Shown here: positions 1-12,585 of the stretch, piece after piece
Numbering within the stretch: position 1 is the stretch's first letter
How the letters are laid out: every line of letters begins with the position of its first letter
Source: Kiritimatiellia bacterium
GTDB lineage: Bacteria > Verrucomicrobiota > Kiritimatiellia > RFP12 > UBA1067
Assembly: GCA_017959645.1 (NCBI GenBank)
Contig: JAGDAE010000205.1
Location: 1-31,556, forward strand
DNA: 31,556 nt
Direction of reading: 5' to 3'
Notes under the pieces: model-generated
Database searches by the model: none
The model's input: the letters and a program-made list of their open reading frames with translations, nothing else
Told to the model about the DNA's origin: nothing
Translations under genes and position numbers: made by a program

Positions 1-73
1 CATTCACTATGCAATTCGTGCCCGTGCGGGAGAGAGATGGCGTGGATGCGACGGTTGGGCGAAGAAAACGGTA

Positions 74-754
74 TTGGCATTGCTGATAACGGCATCGGTG
101 GTGTTGACGCTGCTTTCCCGGGTCGCCAATCGAGAAGATTCCGTTTGTGGGGATGTGTGCCAGGCGTATCTGACTTGGCTTGTGTGTTCTATGTATGCCA
201 TTCCATTTCTTCTTCCATGGATGTTCTGGGGCGGTGACAACAGTGCGAAATCCAGAAGCGGCGCGGCGAAAGTCTTTGTCATTGTTTTGTCGCTTTCCGC
301 GAATGCGGTGTTGCTTTTTTGCTGTGGCAGGATGTGGATCAACAATACGGTCGATGCGAGGCGCAGAGCGGAGGTGTGCCGCGGCGATACGGCAGGTCGG
401 CAATACATTGAATATGGAATGAAATGCCTTTGGCTCTCAGACGGTGCTGTCGTGTATGCCGCAGATCGCGATGGTGCGAATCTTGATTTTTTGCTCTATC
501 GGGAGTTGGGTGGAGACAAGATTGCGGTTTGGCAATTATCCAGATCTGATGTCGGCACGAATAGATATATCTGCAATTTCCAGTACGGCAATCTTTTGCT
601 GTCCTGCTTGCGCGAGGACGGAGGCGATTTTCATGAAACTTCTTTTTTGATGCAATACAACGGGCTTCCTGTGCTTCGGGTGGATTCCGACGGCGCAAAG
701 GAAGTCGAATCCATGGGCGAGATTTATATGTTCGAGAGGCGAAAGCTGTTCTGA
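74..754 (+). CDS. Hypothetical membrane protein, possibly 5'-truncated by the window edge
   Basis: 226-aa ORF with several hydrophobic segments, including VLSLSANAVLL. The frame has no stop back to position 2, so the true start may lie outside the window. A sampled 60-nt line is 52% GC. Confidence 0.6.
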   Translation: MALLITASVVLTLLSRVANREDSVCGDVCQAYLTWLVCSMYAIPFLLPWMFWGGDNSAKSRSGAAKVFVIVLSLSANAVLLFCCGRMWINNTVDARRRAEVCRGDTAGRQYIEYGMKCLWLSDGAVVYAADRDGANLDFLLYRELGGDKIAVWQLSRSDVGTNRYICNFQYGNLLLSCLREDGGDFHETSFLMQYNGLPVLRVDSDGAKEVESMGEIYMFERRKLF

Positions 755-755
755 A

Positions 756-1265
756 ATGAGTCGTAGCGCCGATATTCTGCTGGCCGTTTCGCTTGCCGCA
801 AATGCGATATTGATATCGCCGATTACGGCGTGGATATCCGGAGTGGTGGATTTGCAAGCGGAAATGAGTCGCGCTTGCAATCTAGACCGCCGTAGGACTG
901 CAAAATTTGGCGGCGACAAAAAGATGATGTTTTGCATACTTACAAACGATATTGGTTTTTGCGCTTTATCAAGAACCATGCCGGGCGGAGGAATGTTTGC
1001 TGGTTGTTTCCCCGTGTCAGACAAAGACAATGCGAGCCGAAGATTCCGGCTTCGGTTGGGTGCCGATGTCCTCGAATGGAGTCAGGACGATTTTGGCAAC
1101 CAGATGGATTTCAGATTTGAAAATTCGCATGGAGACGTGTGGCGGGACGTCCTTGGAGATGGGAATTGGTGTTTAAATAATGATTATGACCGGGAAACCG
1201 AACAATTCGCATGTCCGTCAATATCCGGGAAAGAGCGACCGGTGCGAAAGATTCCGATGCGATGA
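756..1265 (+). CDS. Hypothetical protein with N-terminal membrane anchor
   Basis: ATG lies 1 nt after the previous stop. N-terminal hydrophobic helix LLAVSLAANAILI is followed by a soluble domain. Confidence 0.6.
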   Translation: MSRSADILLAVSLAANAILISPITAWISGVVDLQAEMSRACNLDRRRTAKFGGDKKMMFCILTNDIGFCALSRTMPGGGMFAGCFPVSDKDNASRRFRLRLGADVLEWSQDDFGNQMDFRFENSHGDVWRDVLGDGNWCLNNDYDRETEQFACPSISGKERPVRKIPMR

Positions 1266-1281
1266 GGTTATGAGGTTGAAT

Positions 1282-1818
1282 ATGCGACGCTTGCTTTATA
1301 TCACGGCCTTTTTATCAGTTGTGCTAAATGTTTTAGCTGTGCGGATGTTTTACATAACTTGGCGTCGGACATATGCGCTTCATGAGCGCAGACGGTCTAT
1401 GTCAGAGCATCTAGGGGATGATGTCGAACGATTTGGATACCGCATCGTTTATGCTGACGATAAATTTACCATTGCGTGTGATCAAAGAGGGTCTTGTTTG
1501 TTTCATTCACAGTTGTGTCATGAGCCAGTGTCGTTGTCGATTGAAAATCAAGAAGATGAGTCTGTTTCAAAAGGAGATTGTCGATGTATTGTGTCAACCA
1601 GAAATTTTTTCGCGTCGTGGCGAATTGGAGCCGATAAATGCGATCGAGTTGTATTTCAGTATAATGACATAGGCAGAAAAGACGATACAAATGGGGATTG
1701 GAATATAAAAGGATTTGCCACCGATAGAAAGTTGTATTTCACCGAAAATTGGCAGGTAGATACCCAAGAAAGTGCCAAATTTAACAACGGTTCTCGGACA
1801 AGACAAAGAGAGAGATAG
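1282..1818 (+). CDS. Hypothetical protein with N-terminal membrane anchor
   Basis: Part of ORF 1180..1818. ATG 1282 follows GAGG (1272-1275) and opens MRRLLYITAFLSVVLNVLAV; ATG 1270 is an alternative. Two sampled lines are 37% and 43% GC. Confidence 0.6.
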   Translation: MRRLLYITAFLSVVLNVLAVRMFYITWRRTYALHERRRSMSEHLGDDVERFGYRIVYADDKFTIACDQRGSCLFHSQLCHEPVSLSIENQEDESVSKGDCRCIVSTRNFFASWRIGADKCDRVVFQYNDIGRKDDTNGDWNIKGFATDRKLYFTENWQVDTQESAKFNNGSRTRQRER

Positions 1819-1880
1819 GGCAGAAAAAGAATTGCTGTCGGAATAGTGGCCATTGCTTATAACAATTCCATAGAAGAAAG

Positions 1881-1906
1881 GAACACCACCCCGAGGGGTG
1901 GTGTTC
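1881..1906. repeat. Perfect 12-bp inverted repeat (hairpin), possible terminator or IS-internal structure
   Basis: GAACACCACCCC-GA-GGGGTGGTGTTC read directly. No clean poly-U tract follows on the + strand. Confidence 0.6.
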
Positions 1907-1955
1907 GGCGCCGGTTCGTGGTATTCTTTTGGTTCCACAACTGAAAGGAGACACC

Positions 1956-3566
<1,611 letters not shown>

Positions 3567-3567
<1 letters not shown>

Positions 3568-5462
3568 TGGCGCGCGGAATAACAGAAGCGGCAGTCGAAG
3601 AGATCAAATCCCGCATCGATCTCGCCGATCTGGCGGAGTCGTACGGCCTGCGGCTCAAACGCGCCGGTTCGAATGCGAAAGCGTGCTGTCCGTTCCACCA
3701 CGAGAAGACGCCGAGCTTCAACATCAATTCGGCCAAGGGCTTCTACCACTGTTTCGGCTGCGGAGAGTCGGGCGACGCGATAAAGTTCGTGCAGAAGCAG
3801 GAGGGGCTTTCGTTCGTCGAGGCGGTGAAGAAGCTGGCGGAGCGGTGCGGGATCAAGCTCGAAGAGACGGAAGATCGCGAATACGGCCGGCGCAACCGGC
3901 TTTACGCGCTGATGGCGGAGCTGGCGCAGTTCTACCGCCGGTGCCTAAAGAAGACGAAAGAGGCGCAGGCGGCGCGCGAATATCTCGCTTCGCGCGATCT
4001 TTCGGACGAGGTGCAGGAAGAGTTTCTGATCGGCTACGCGATGCAGGGGGCGTCGGCGATATTGAAGTGGGCGGAGAAGTACGGCTACGGCACGGAGGAG
4101 CTGGAGGCGGCCGGGGTGGTGAAGGCGCCCTCGCGCGCCGGCGGCGGCTGGTACCACCGGTTCGGCGGGCGGCTGATCTTCACGATCCGCGACCGCCAAG
4201 GGCGCGTGGTCGCGTTCTCCGGGCGCCAGCTGGTCGCGAGCAAAAACTCCGGCAAGTACGTCAATTCGCCGGAGACGGAGATATTCAAGAAGTCGAAGGT
4301 GCTTTTCGGGTTCGACAAGGCGGCGGCCAACATCGCGAAGTCACCGAACCGCGAAGCGATCGTCTGCGAGGGCCAGATCGACACGATACGTCTGCACTCG
4401 TGCGGCTTTCCGGTCGCGGTCGCTTCGCAGGGGACGGCGTTCACCGAAGAGCACGTGAAGGCGCTCAAGCGGGTCGCCGACGCGGCGGTTCTCGCCTTCG
4501 ACGACGACGCGGCCGGACACAAGGCGGCGATACACACGGCCGGGCTCATGCTCGCCGCGGAGATGCCGGTTCGGATCGCGCGGCTGCCGGACGGTGAAGA
4601 CCCGGATTCGTTTCTGCGCAAGCATGGGGCGGAAGGGTTCCGCAAGATTCTCGACGCCGCGGAATCAATCGTCCATTTCCAGTTCGGGGTCGAGCGCGGC
4701 AAGGAGCGCAACCCGGCATCCATCGACGCGGTAAACCGCATCTCGAAGGCTTTGTTGTCGACGATCGCGGCGTGTCCGAACGCGGTGATGCGCGCGAGCA
4801 TGGCGAACGAGGCGGCGAAGCTGCTGGGGCTGCCGGCTTCGGCTGTGAACGAGGAGCTTTCGCGCACGAAGCCGGAACGGCGCGATACGGCGCCGGAGGC
4901 GGAGACGGAGGAGGACGGCGGCGAGGCCGCAGCCGTGCCGGACGCGGAAAGCATGCCCGGCGGCGACGCGGCGGAGGCGATCGCGCCGCCGAAGGAGGAG
5001 ATGGCGTTTCTGCAGTTTCTGTCCGCGAACGTCCATTCGCCGGACGCCGGCGAGATACGCGGCATCGTGGACCGCTTCGTGCCGGATTCGGTTTTCGCGT
5101 GCGGTTTTTCGCAGCGTTTCGTGCAGGCGTGGCGCGAAGACTCGGCGAGCGGCTCGGATGGCGCGACGGAGAAGTTCGCGGCGGGGCTTTCCGCGCGCGA
5201 GCGCGGCTGGTACGACGCGACGCTGATAGGCGTCGACTGGCCGTCGTCGTGCGAGCTGGAGCCGGTCGAGATACTGCAGGACTGCGTGCGCGTGCTGTGG
5301 GCGCGGCGTTTGCGCAGGATGCAGGGCGAACTGCCGGCGAGAGGCGACGCCGGGGCGGACATGAAGAGGATAAAGATTTCGATGGAGCTGAAGCGCATCC
5401 GCCAGTCGGGATGGAGCGCGACGGCGAAGATCATAGAAGACATCATGAAAGGAGAATGCTGA
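3567..5462 (+). CDS. dnaG: DNA primase
   Basis: ATG 3567 overlaps the purB TGA and is in frame with ORF 3024..5462. CHC2 zinc finger CPFHHEKTPSF...CFGC, KYVNSPET, and TOPRIM motifs CEGQID and FDDDAAG. Confidence 0.96.
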
Positions 5463-5463
5463 A

Positions 5464-6426
<963 letters not shown>

Positions 6427-6454
6427 GCGCAGCCGCGCAGAAAGGAAAAGAGAA

Positions 6455-8779
6455 ATGACGACAAAAGCAACACTCGCGCTGTTTGCCGCCCTGGCGGCCG
6501 GTCTCGCCGTCGCGCAGGATATCGGCGCCGGCCTCAAGGACGCCGCAAGACCGTATTTCAGGTTCGGCACGACGCTCGACCGCCGGCTGATCCACCCCGA
6601 TACGCGCTCGGCCGCCGAACTCGAGGCGATAACCGGCACGTTCGACACGATCACGCCGGAGAACGAGCTCAAGCCCGAGCGTCTGCTGAAGGGGAATGGC
6701 GAGTACGATTTCTCCGACGCCGACCGCTTCGTCGAATTCGGCGAGAGCAACGCGATGAGGATCATCGGCCACTGCCTCGTCTGGCACATGCAGACGCCAG
6801 CGTGGATGCACACCGCCGCCGACGGAACGCCGCTGCCGCGCGAAGAGGCGATCGAAAACCTGCGCAGCCACATTATGACTGTCGTCGGCCGCTACCGGGG
6901 GCGGATATACGGCTGGGACGTCGTCAACGAAGCCTGGATGGAGGACGGCACGCTTCGCGACTGCGGGTGGAGGCGCGCCATCGGCGACGACTACATCGAG
7001 CTGGCGTTCCGCTTCGCGCACGAGGCCGACCCGGACTGCGAACTGTACTACAACGACTACGCGATGGCCGAGCGCGCGAAGTGCGACGCCATAATCGGGA
7101 TGGTCGGCGATCTGCGCGCGAAGGGGGTCAGGATCGACGCGGTCGGCTTCCAGACGCACGTGTCGCTCTGGTATCCGGATATTTCCGCCTACGCGAAGTC
7201 GATGGATGACATGATCGCCGCCGGGATACGCTTCAACGTCACCGAGATGGATGTCGGCGTGCTGCCCGATCCGGCCGGGGACGACCTCAAAAACCTGTAT
7301 CCGTCCGAGGGGTTGCCCGACGGCGTGCAAGCGCGCCTCACCGAGCGCTACACGGCTTTCTTCACGGAATTCCTGAAACGCCACGAATGGATCGACCGCG
7401 TGACGTTCTGGGGGGTTACCGACGCCCAGAGCTGGCTCAACTACTATCCGGTCAGAGGCAGGATCAACCATCCGCTTCTCTTCGACCGCCAGGCGAGAGC
7501 GAAGCCGGTCGTCGCCGCGCTGCACCGTCTTATGACGGGCTGGAAGAACCACGGGCCGGGAATGCGCGTGGCTGAGATGCCGAGAATAACCTCGCTCGAG
7601 GCGTTCGCCGAGCGCGCCCCAGCCGCGTTCACCGACAAGGCGATCGCGTACGCGAAAGACGCCGGCTACAACGCCGTCTTCGTCAACGGCGGGTGCGGAT
7701 TCGGCTCCGACGCGATGCCGCCGGAATCGCTGGCCGTCACCGGGGCGATTCCGGATCTGATGCCGTACACGGCCGAGCGCAACATACGCGAGCTCAAAGA
7801 GCGCATCCGCAGGCTGTCGGACGCGGGGATGAAGCCGTGGCTCTGCTGGTGGACCGGCGTCGGCACCGACGAGAAGGGCAATCTCACCGATCCGCCCAAC
7901 ATACGCAGCCGCCGCGAAATCTACGCCAAGTACCGCAAGAATCCCGAGCTGTTCGGCGCGGGGCCGTGGTGGCGCTGGCGCGGCAACCGTCCGCTGTGCA
8001 TATCCAACCCGAAGGTCAGGGAGTTCTACCGCGAACTGTTCAGCCGGTTGCCGAAGGACTTTCCCGAGCTGGAGGGGCTGTTCTTCTTCCCCGGCGACGC
8101 GGAACTGGAAAACTGCACCGACGAATGCGAGACGTGCCGCGCGAGCGGACTCGGCCGCGTCGGGCGCATGGTGCGCTTCGCGAACGAGATCTACGATGCG
8201 TGGAATTCCGCCGCCGACAAGAAGCGGGCGTTCTACTACGCGTTCTGGAATCTCGACCAGCCGGGCGGAGACGGGCAGATACTCTCGTCGGTTCTCGAAG
8301 AGACGCTCCCCAACCTCGCCGCAGGGATGGGAATCGCCATGTCGATATGCGACAACACCGTCGAACGCAGGGTAACCGGCGACATAATCCTCAACCAGCC
8401 GTGGGGAACCTGCAACTCGATCGGCTCGCTTTTCAGGGCCATGATCGACTCGCCGAACGCCAAGGGCCGTCCGGTGATGGCGGTCTCGGAGATAAGCCAG
8501 AGCGAGCTGTTCGATCCCGTGTGCGCGAACATGCCGTTCGCGGTGTCGACGCTCGAGCTGATGCACAACCTGCGCAAGATACCGAACTGCGACGCCGTGG
8601 TCGACTTCTGGGGGAACCGTCCCCCGTACGGGCTTTCCGACGCGTCGCACGAAGTCATGAAGGGGTTCATGGACGTCGAGATCTCCGGCGGGGAGTTCGA
8701 CGACGGGAAGATTCTGCTCGACGCGGCGGCCAGGCACTACGGCGACGCGGCGCTGGCCGAAAAGGGTGTGGCGGCGTGA
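6455..8779 (+). CDS. Secreted GH10 endo-beta-1,4-xylanase-like domain fused to an unassigned C-terminal domain
   Basis: Signal peptide, then GH10 motifs TPENELKP, GHCLVWH, WDVVNEA (acid/base), YYNDY, GFQTH, VTEMDV (nucleophile) and TFWGVTD up to ~7530. About 410 further residues follow. Confidence 0.88.
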   Translation: MTTKATLALFAALAAGLAVAQDIGAGLKDAARPYFRFGTTLDRRLIHPDTRSAAELEAITGTFDTITPENELKPERLLKGNGEYDFSDADRFVEFGESNAMRIIGHCLVWHMQTPAWMHTAADGTPLPREEAIENLRSHIMTVVGRYRGRIYGWDVVNEAWMEDGTLRDCGWRRAIGDDYIELAFRFAHEADPDCELYYNDYAMAERAKCDAIIGMVGDLRAKGVRIDAVGFQTHVSLWYPDISAYAKSMDDMIAAGIRFNVTEMDVGVLPDPAGDDLKNLYPSEGLPDGVQARLTERYTAFFTEFLKRHEWIDRVTFWGVTDAQSWLNYYPVRGRINHPLLFDRQARAKPVVAALHRLMTGWKNHGPGMRVAEMPRITSLEAFAERAPAAFTDKAIAYAKDAGYNAVFVNGGCGFGSDAMPPESLAVTGAIPDLMPYTAERNIRELKERIRRLSDAGMKPWLCWWTGVGTDEKGNLTDPPNIRSRREIYAKYRKNPELFGAGPWWRWRGNRPLCISNPKVREFYRELFSRLPKDFPELEGLFFFPGDAELENCTDECETCRASGLGRVGRMVRFANEIYDAWNSAADKKRAFYYAFWNLDQPGGDGQILSSVLEETLPNLAAGMGIAMSICDNTVERRVTGDIILNQPWGTCNSIGSLFRAMIDSPNAKGRPVMAVSEISQSELFDPVCANMPFAVSTLELMHNLRKIPNCDAVVDFWGNRPPYGLSDASHEVMKGFMDVEISGGEFDDGKILLDAAARHYGDAALAEKGVAA

Positions 8780-9358
8780 AAGAAGTTCGACCGGCTCTGC
8801 CGCGAATTTCCGCTGTGCGGCTGGGGCCAGCGCTTCAGCTTCGCCGTCGGGCGCACCGGCGCGCGCGGACCGCTCTACCTGCCTCTGGTTCCGCCGGCGA
8901 TGAAGTTCGGCGACTACACCTGGGCGAGACATCTTCTGTTCCAGGGCGACATGACCGCCGAGCGCTGCCACCGGCTGCAGCTGGAGGCGCTGCCCATGTA
9001 CGAAGAGTGCGCGAAGGCGTTTGACGAAATCGGAACCGTGCTCGCAAAGGACGAGGCGCTCAGGATACGGCTCGCCGGCAAGGTCAACGTCTCCATCGGC
9101 GCTTTCGTCCACGCGCAGGATCTCCACCGCGCCGGGCGTTTCGACGAACTCAGGAAAGTCGTCGAGGACGAATTGCGCAACCGCACCGACGAACTGATGA
9201 TGTCGTTCGACCTCCTGCCGGGATCGGGGGTGAACAACATCGCCGTCGAGGAGGACATAGAGAACATGGCGCTGTATCTCTCTGATCCGCAGTTCCCGGA
9301 TCCTCCGGACGAGCTTTTCAACTTCCAGCCGGATTTCGGCCACACCTACACGTTCTGA
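8780..9358 (+). pseudogene. In-frame continuation of the GH10 fusion beyond a single TGA (tracked only from ATG 8900)
   Basis: Same frame as 6455..8779 and open for 192 codons immediately after TGA 8777-8779. Codons in 8780-8899 end almost all in G/C, like the real genes. Confidence 0.7.
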
Positions 9359-9373
9359 CCGGAGGGCATCGGC

Positions 9374-10795
9374 ATGGATATCACCGGGTTTCGCGTTCTC
9401 GTTCTCGCTCTCGCCGTCCTGCCGGCGGCCGAATCGCCGGCGCTCGTCGCCAAGGTGTCCACTTTCGGCGAGCCGTGGTGCGACCTGCCGGCCGGCGAAT
9501 GCAAAGGCGGCGAGGCGACGGTGGAGATCGACGTTTCGCGCACGGAGCAGGAGATCGTCGGTTTCGGCTGCGCGGCGAGCGAACTCGGCTGGGAGGCGCT
9601 CGCGTGCCTTTCGGGTGCCGACCGCGCCGCAGTGTTCGATGAGCTGTGCCGGGATGGCGGCTTCACGGTGATTCGCACGCCGATCGGCGCGAGCGACTTC
9701 GCGCTCGACTACTATTCCCTCGACGACCACGACGGCGATTTCGCGATGGAGGGCTTTTCAATCGACGGCGATCGCCGGGCGCTGATACCGCTGCTCAAGG
9801 AATTCGCCGCCAGAATCCCGCCGGACGTTCTCAAGATATGGGCGTCGCCTTGGTGTCCGCCGAGATGGATGAAAAAGACGGGGTGCTATGCGTCGCGTCC
9901 GCCGTGGGACGGGGGCGAACCCAACGACTGCCTGGAAGAGTCGAGGGTGTACGAGGGCGAAGACGGTTTCAACTGCGACGAGGCGCATTTTCGCGCGTAT
10001 GCGCTGTATTTCCGCAAGTACGCGGACGCGATGCGCGCCGAGGGCCTGCCGATAGCGTGGGTGATGCCGCAGAACGAGCCGAACAGCGCCCAGCCGTATC
10101 CGAGCTGCACCTGGAAAAGCGCTTCGCTCGCGCGTTTTACTCTCGACTATCTGTGCCCGGCCATGGAGGGAAGCGGAACTTCGGTGATGCTGGGCACTAT
10201 CGAGCGGCGGTCGATGGAGCTTCCGGACGCGGTACTGTCCGATCCCGCCAACCGCGCGAAGATAGCCGGCGCCGGTTTCCAGTGGGAGGGCAAAGAGGCG
10301 CTCGTGCCGGTCAAAAAGCGCTATCCTGACGTGTTTCTCGTGGGCACGGAGCAGGAATGCGGCGACGGCGCCAACGACTACGCACACGCGCGCCACTGCT
10401 GGGAATTGATGTGCCATTATTTCGAACACGGCGTGTCGGTGTACGAATACTGGAACATCGCGCTGAAAACCGGCTCGGTCTCGCGCTGGGGCTGGAGGCA
10501 GAACTCTCTCGTCAGTGTCGACCCGGAAAATGCGAGTTTTTCGTTCAATTTCGAATACTACGTGCTTAAGCATCTGTCGGCTTTCGTCAAGCGCGGGGCC
10601 AGGCGGCTCGCCGCCGGCGGCGATTACGGCGACGCGCTCGCGTTCGTCAATCCCGACGGTTCGGTCGTGGTCGCGCTGGGCAACGATTCCGCCGGTTCCG
10701 TCGCCGTCGCGGTGTGCGGAAAGCGCGTCGATCTGCCGGCGAAGTCGATCGCCACCGTGGTTCTCGGAGAATGCGATCTGGCAGCTTGGAAATGA
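9374..10795 (+). CDS. Secreted GH30 glycoside hydrolase (glucosylceramidase/beta-xylosidase-like)
   Basis: Signal-like N-terminus, RTPIGASDFA, WASPWCPPRWMK, QNEP (acid/base), TEQECGDG (nucleophile), YEYWNIAL, YYVLKHLSAFVK. Confidence 0.9.
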   Translation: MDITGFRVLVLALAVLPAAESPALVAKVSTFGEPWCDLPAGECKGGEATVEIDVSRTEQEIVGFGCAASELGWEALACLSGADRAAVFDELCRDGGFTVIRTPIGASDFALDYYSLDDHDGDFAMEGFSIDGDRRALIPLLKEFAARIPPDVLKIWASPWCPPRWMKKTGCYASRPPWDGGEPNDCLEESRVYEGEDGFNCDEAHFRAYALYFRKYADAMRAEGLPIAWVMPQNEPNSAQPYPSCTWKSASLARFTLDYLCPAMEGSGTSVMLGTIERRSMELPDAVLSDPANRAKIAGAGFQWEGKEALVPVKKRYPDVFLVGTEQECGDGANDYAHARHCWELMCHYFEHGVSVYEYWNIALKTGSVSRWGWRQNSLVSVDPENASFSFNFEYYVLKHLSAFVKRGARRLAAGGDYGDALAFVNPDGSVVVALGNDSAGSVAVAVCGKRVDLPAKSIATVVLGECDLAAWK

Positions 10796-10818
10796 AACCG
10801 TAATAACAGGACAGGGTC

Positions 10819-12585
10819 ATGAAAAAAACGCTTCCGCTTTTCGCCGCAACGCTGCTGCCGCTCGCCGGTTTCGCGCTCGAGATGCCTTTCAGCGTGCGCG
10901 GCTCGTACATGGCGATATCCGCGCATTCGGAGAACGACTGGGGGGCGGAGCACCAGTCCGGAGTGTGGATACGCAACGTGTCCAACGCCGCGAACAGCCA
11001 GTATGTCGCGAGGATAATTCCGGTTTCCGGCGCCGGGCATCTCGAGGTCACGGACTTTGCCGAAAGCCCGGAGAAGCTTACCCTGAAGACCTCCGCCGGG
11101 GACATCGAAGTCGCGTTCGCCGACGAAGACACGATTCTCCTGCGGTCGGAAAACGTCGGCATCCGTCTCGACTTCTGGCACAAGACGTGGTGGCACTTCA
11201 TCTGGGAGAAGCCGTCCGCCGCCGGCAGGACCGTGGGTGTGGCGACGCTTTACGAGAACGGCGCCAAGATCGTAGTCGATGCGCGCCGGGGGGCGAAACG
11301 CGTCGACAGCAGCTGGATAGAGGGGCACGGAGCCGCCGGCGCGGCGTTCGAGGCCTGGAACGAGGGCGACGGCGTCGAGATCGCCCTCAAGGATTTCCGC
11401 TACGACTGGGACGGTTCGCTGCCCGGGACTTCCTTCGACGAGGCGCTCGCCAGGCAGCGCGCCTCTTTCGCTTCGTTCCTCGACGCGATGCCGACGGTTC
11501 CGGACGAGTTCGAAAACGCGCGCGTCCGCGCCGCGCGCCTGCTCTGGAGCTCGATCGTCGCGCCGCGCAACCAGCTCAAGCGCGAGGGCATGCTGATGTC
11601 CAAGAACTGGATGAACCACATATGGAGCTGGGACCACTGCTTCAACGCGATGGCGCTCGCCTACGGCGGCGAGAGCGAATGCGCCTGGGACCAGTTCATC
11701 GGAATGTTCGATTTCCAGGCTCCGAACGGGCAGCTGCCGGATTCGATGGACGCGTACACGTCGACCTACGCTTTCGTGAAACCGCCGGTCCACGGCTGGG
11801 CGTTCGCGCGCATGATGAAGACGATGCCGCTCGATCGCGACCGGCTGGCGGAGGCGTACGGCAAGCTTGCGAAATGGACGCAGTATTGGCTCGTCTGCCG
11901 CGACAGCGACCGCAACGGGCTTTGCGAATACGATCACGGCAACGATTCCGGCTGGGACAATTCGACCGTATTTCTGGAGATGCCGCCGCTCGAAACGCCG
12001 GAGCTCGCCGCCTACCTGACGGTCCAGATGGACGTTCTCGCCGATCTTGCCGCGCGGCTCGGTCTTGATGGCGAGGCCGCAGGATGGAAGGCAAAGGCCG
12101 ACGCCATGGCAGCGAAGGCGACAGAGATTCTCTTCGACGCCGACGGAGCCCCGCGCTTTCGCCGCATGCTCGACGGGAGTTTCCATACATGCGATTCGAT
12201 GCTCCTGCGCATGGGAATGATTCTCGGCGGGCGGCTGCCGGCGCACATCCGCGAAAAGCTGCTCGCCGAAGTGTCGTCGGAGAAATTCCTCACCAGGTTC
12301 GGCCTGGCCACCGAATCTCCGTCGAGCGGGCGCTACGATCCGGACGGATACTGGCGCGGCCCGATCTGGGCGCCGGAGATGATGATCGCGATCGACGGCG
12401 TTCGCGCCTGCGGCGACGAAGTTCTCGCCCGCGAACTGGCGCTCAGGTTCTGCCGGATGTGCGACAAGGGTGGTTTCGCCGAGAATTTCGACGCGCTCAC
12501 CGGCGCTCCGCTCCGCGACAAGGCGTATACCTGGACCGCATCCGCTTTTCTCGTCGTCGCCCACGAACTGGAAGGGCGGAAATGA
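10819..12585 (+). CDS. Secreted GH63/MGH1-like (alpha/alpha)6-barrel glycosidase
   Basis: Signal peptide MKKTLPLFAATLLPLAGFA. Motifs IWSWDHCF, NDSGWDNS, YWRGPIW and AENFDALTG are typical of GH63/trehalase-like inverting enzymes. Confidence 0.82.
   Translation: MKKTLPLFAATLLPLAGFALEMPFSVRGSYMAISAHSENDWGAEHQSGVWIRNVSNAANSQYVARIIPVSGAGHLEVTDFAESPEKLTLKTSAGDIEVAFADEDTILLRSENVGIRLDFWHKTWWHFIWEKPSAAGRTVGVATLYENGAKIVVDARRGAKRVDSSWIEGHGAAGAAFEAWNEGDGVEIALKDFRYDWDGSLPGTSFDEALARQRASFASFLDAMPTVPDEFENARVRAARLLWSSIVAPRNQLKREGMLMSKNWMNHIWSWDHCFNAMALAYGGESECAWDQFIGMFDFQAPNGQLPDSMDAYTSTYAFVKPPVHGWAFARMMKTMPLDRDRLAEAYGKLAKWTQYWLVCRDSDRNGLCEYDHGNDSGWDNSTVFLEMPPLETPELAAYLTVQMDVLADLAARLGLDGEAAGWKAKADAMAAKATEILFDADGAPRFRRMLDGSFHTCDSMLLRMGMILGGRLPAHIREKLLAEVSSEKFLTRFGLATESPSSGRYDPDGYWRGPIWAPEMMIAIDGVRACGDEVLARELALRFCRMCDKGGFAENFDALTGAPLRDKAYTWTASAFLVVAHELEGRK

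Noticed and set aside
1804-1830. GA dinucleotide run and GGGCAGAAAAAG as the IS256 left end or a phase-variable tract
   Set aside because: The run is short, and no matching right end or target-site duplication was found, so it cannot be supported.
8777-8830. Selenocysteine insertion or genome-wide TGA reassignment
   Set aside because: TGA terminates purB, dnaG, moxR and others. Only a weak 5-bp stem follows, and the context is not a redox motif. Trp-to-stop is more parsimonious.
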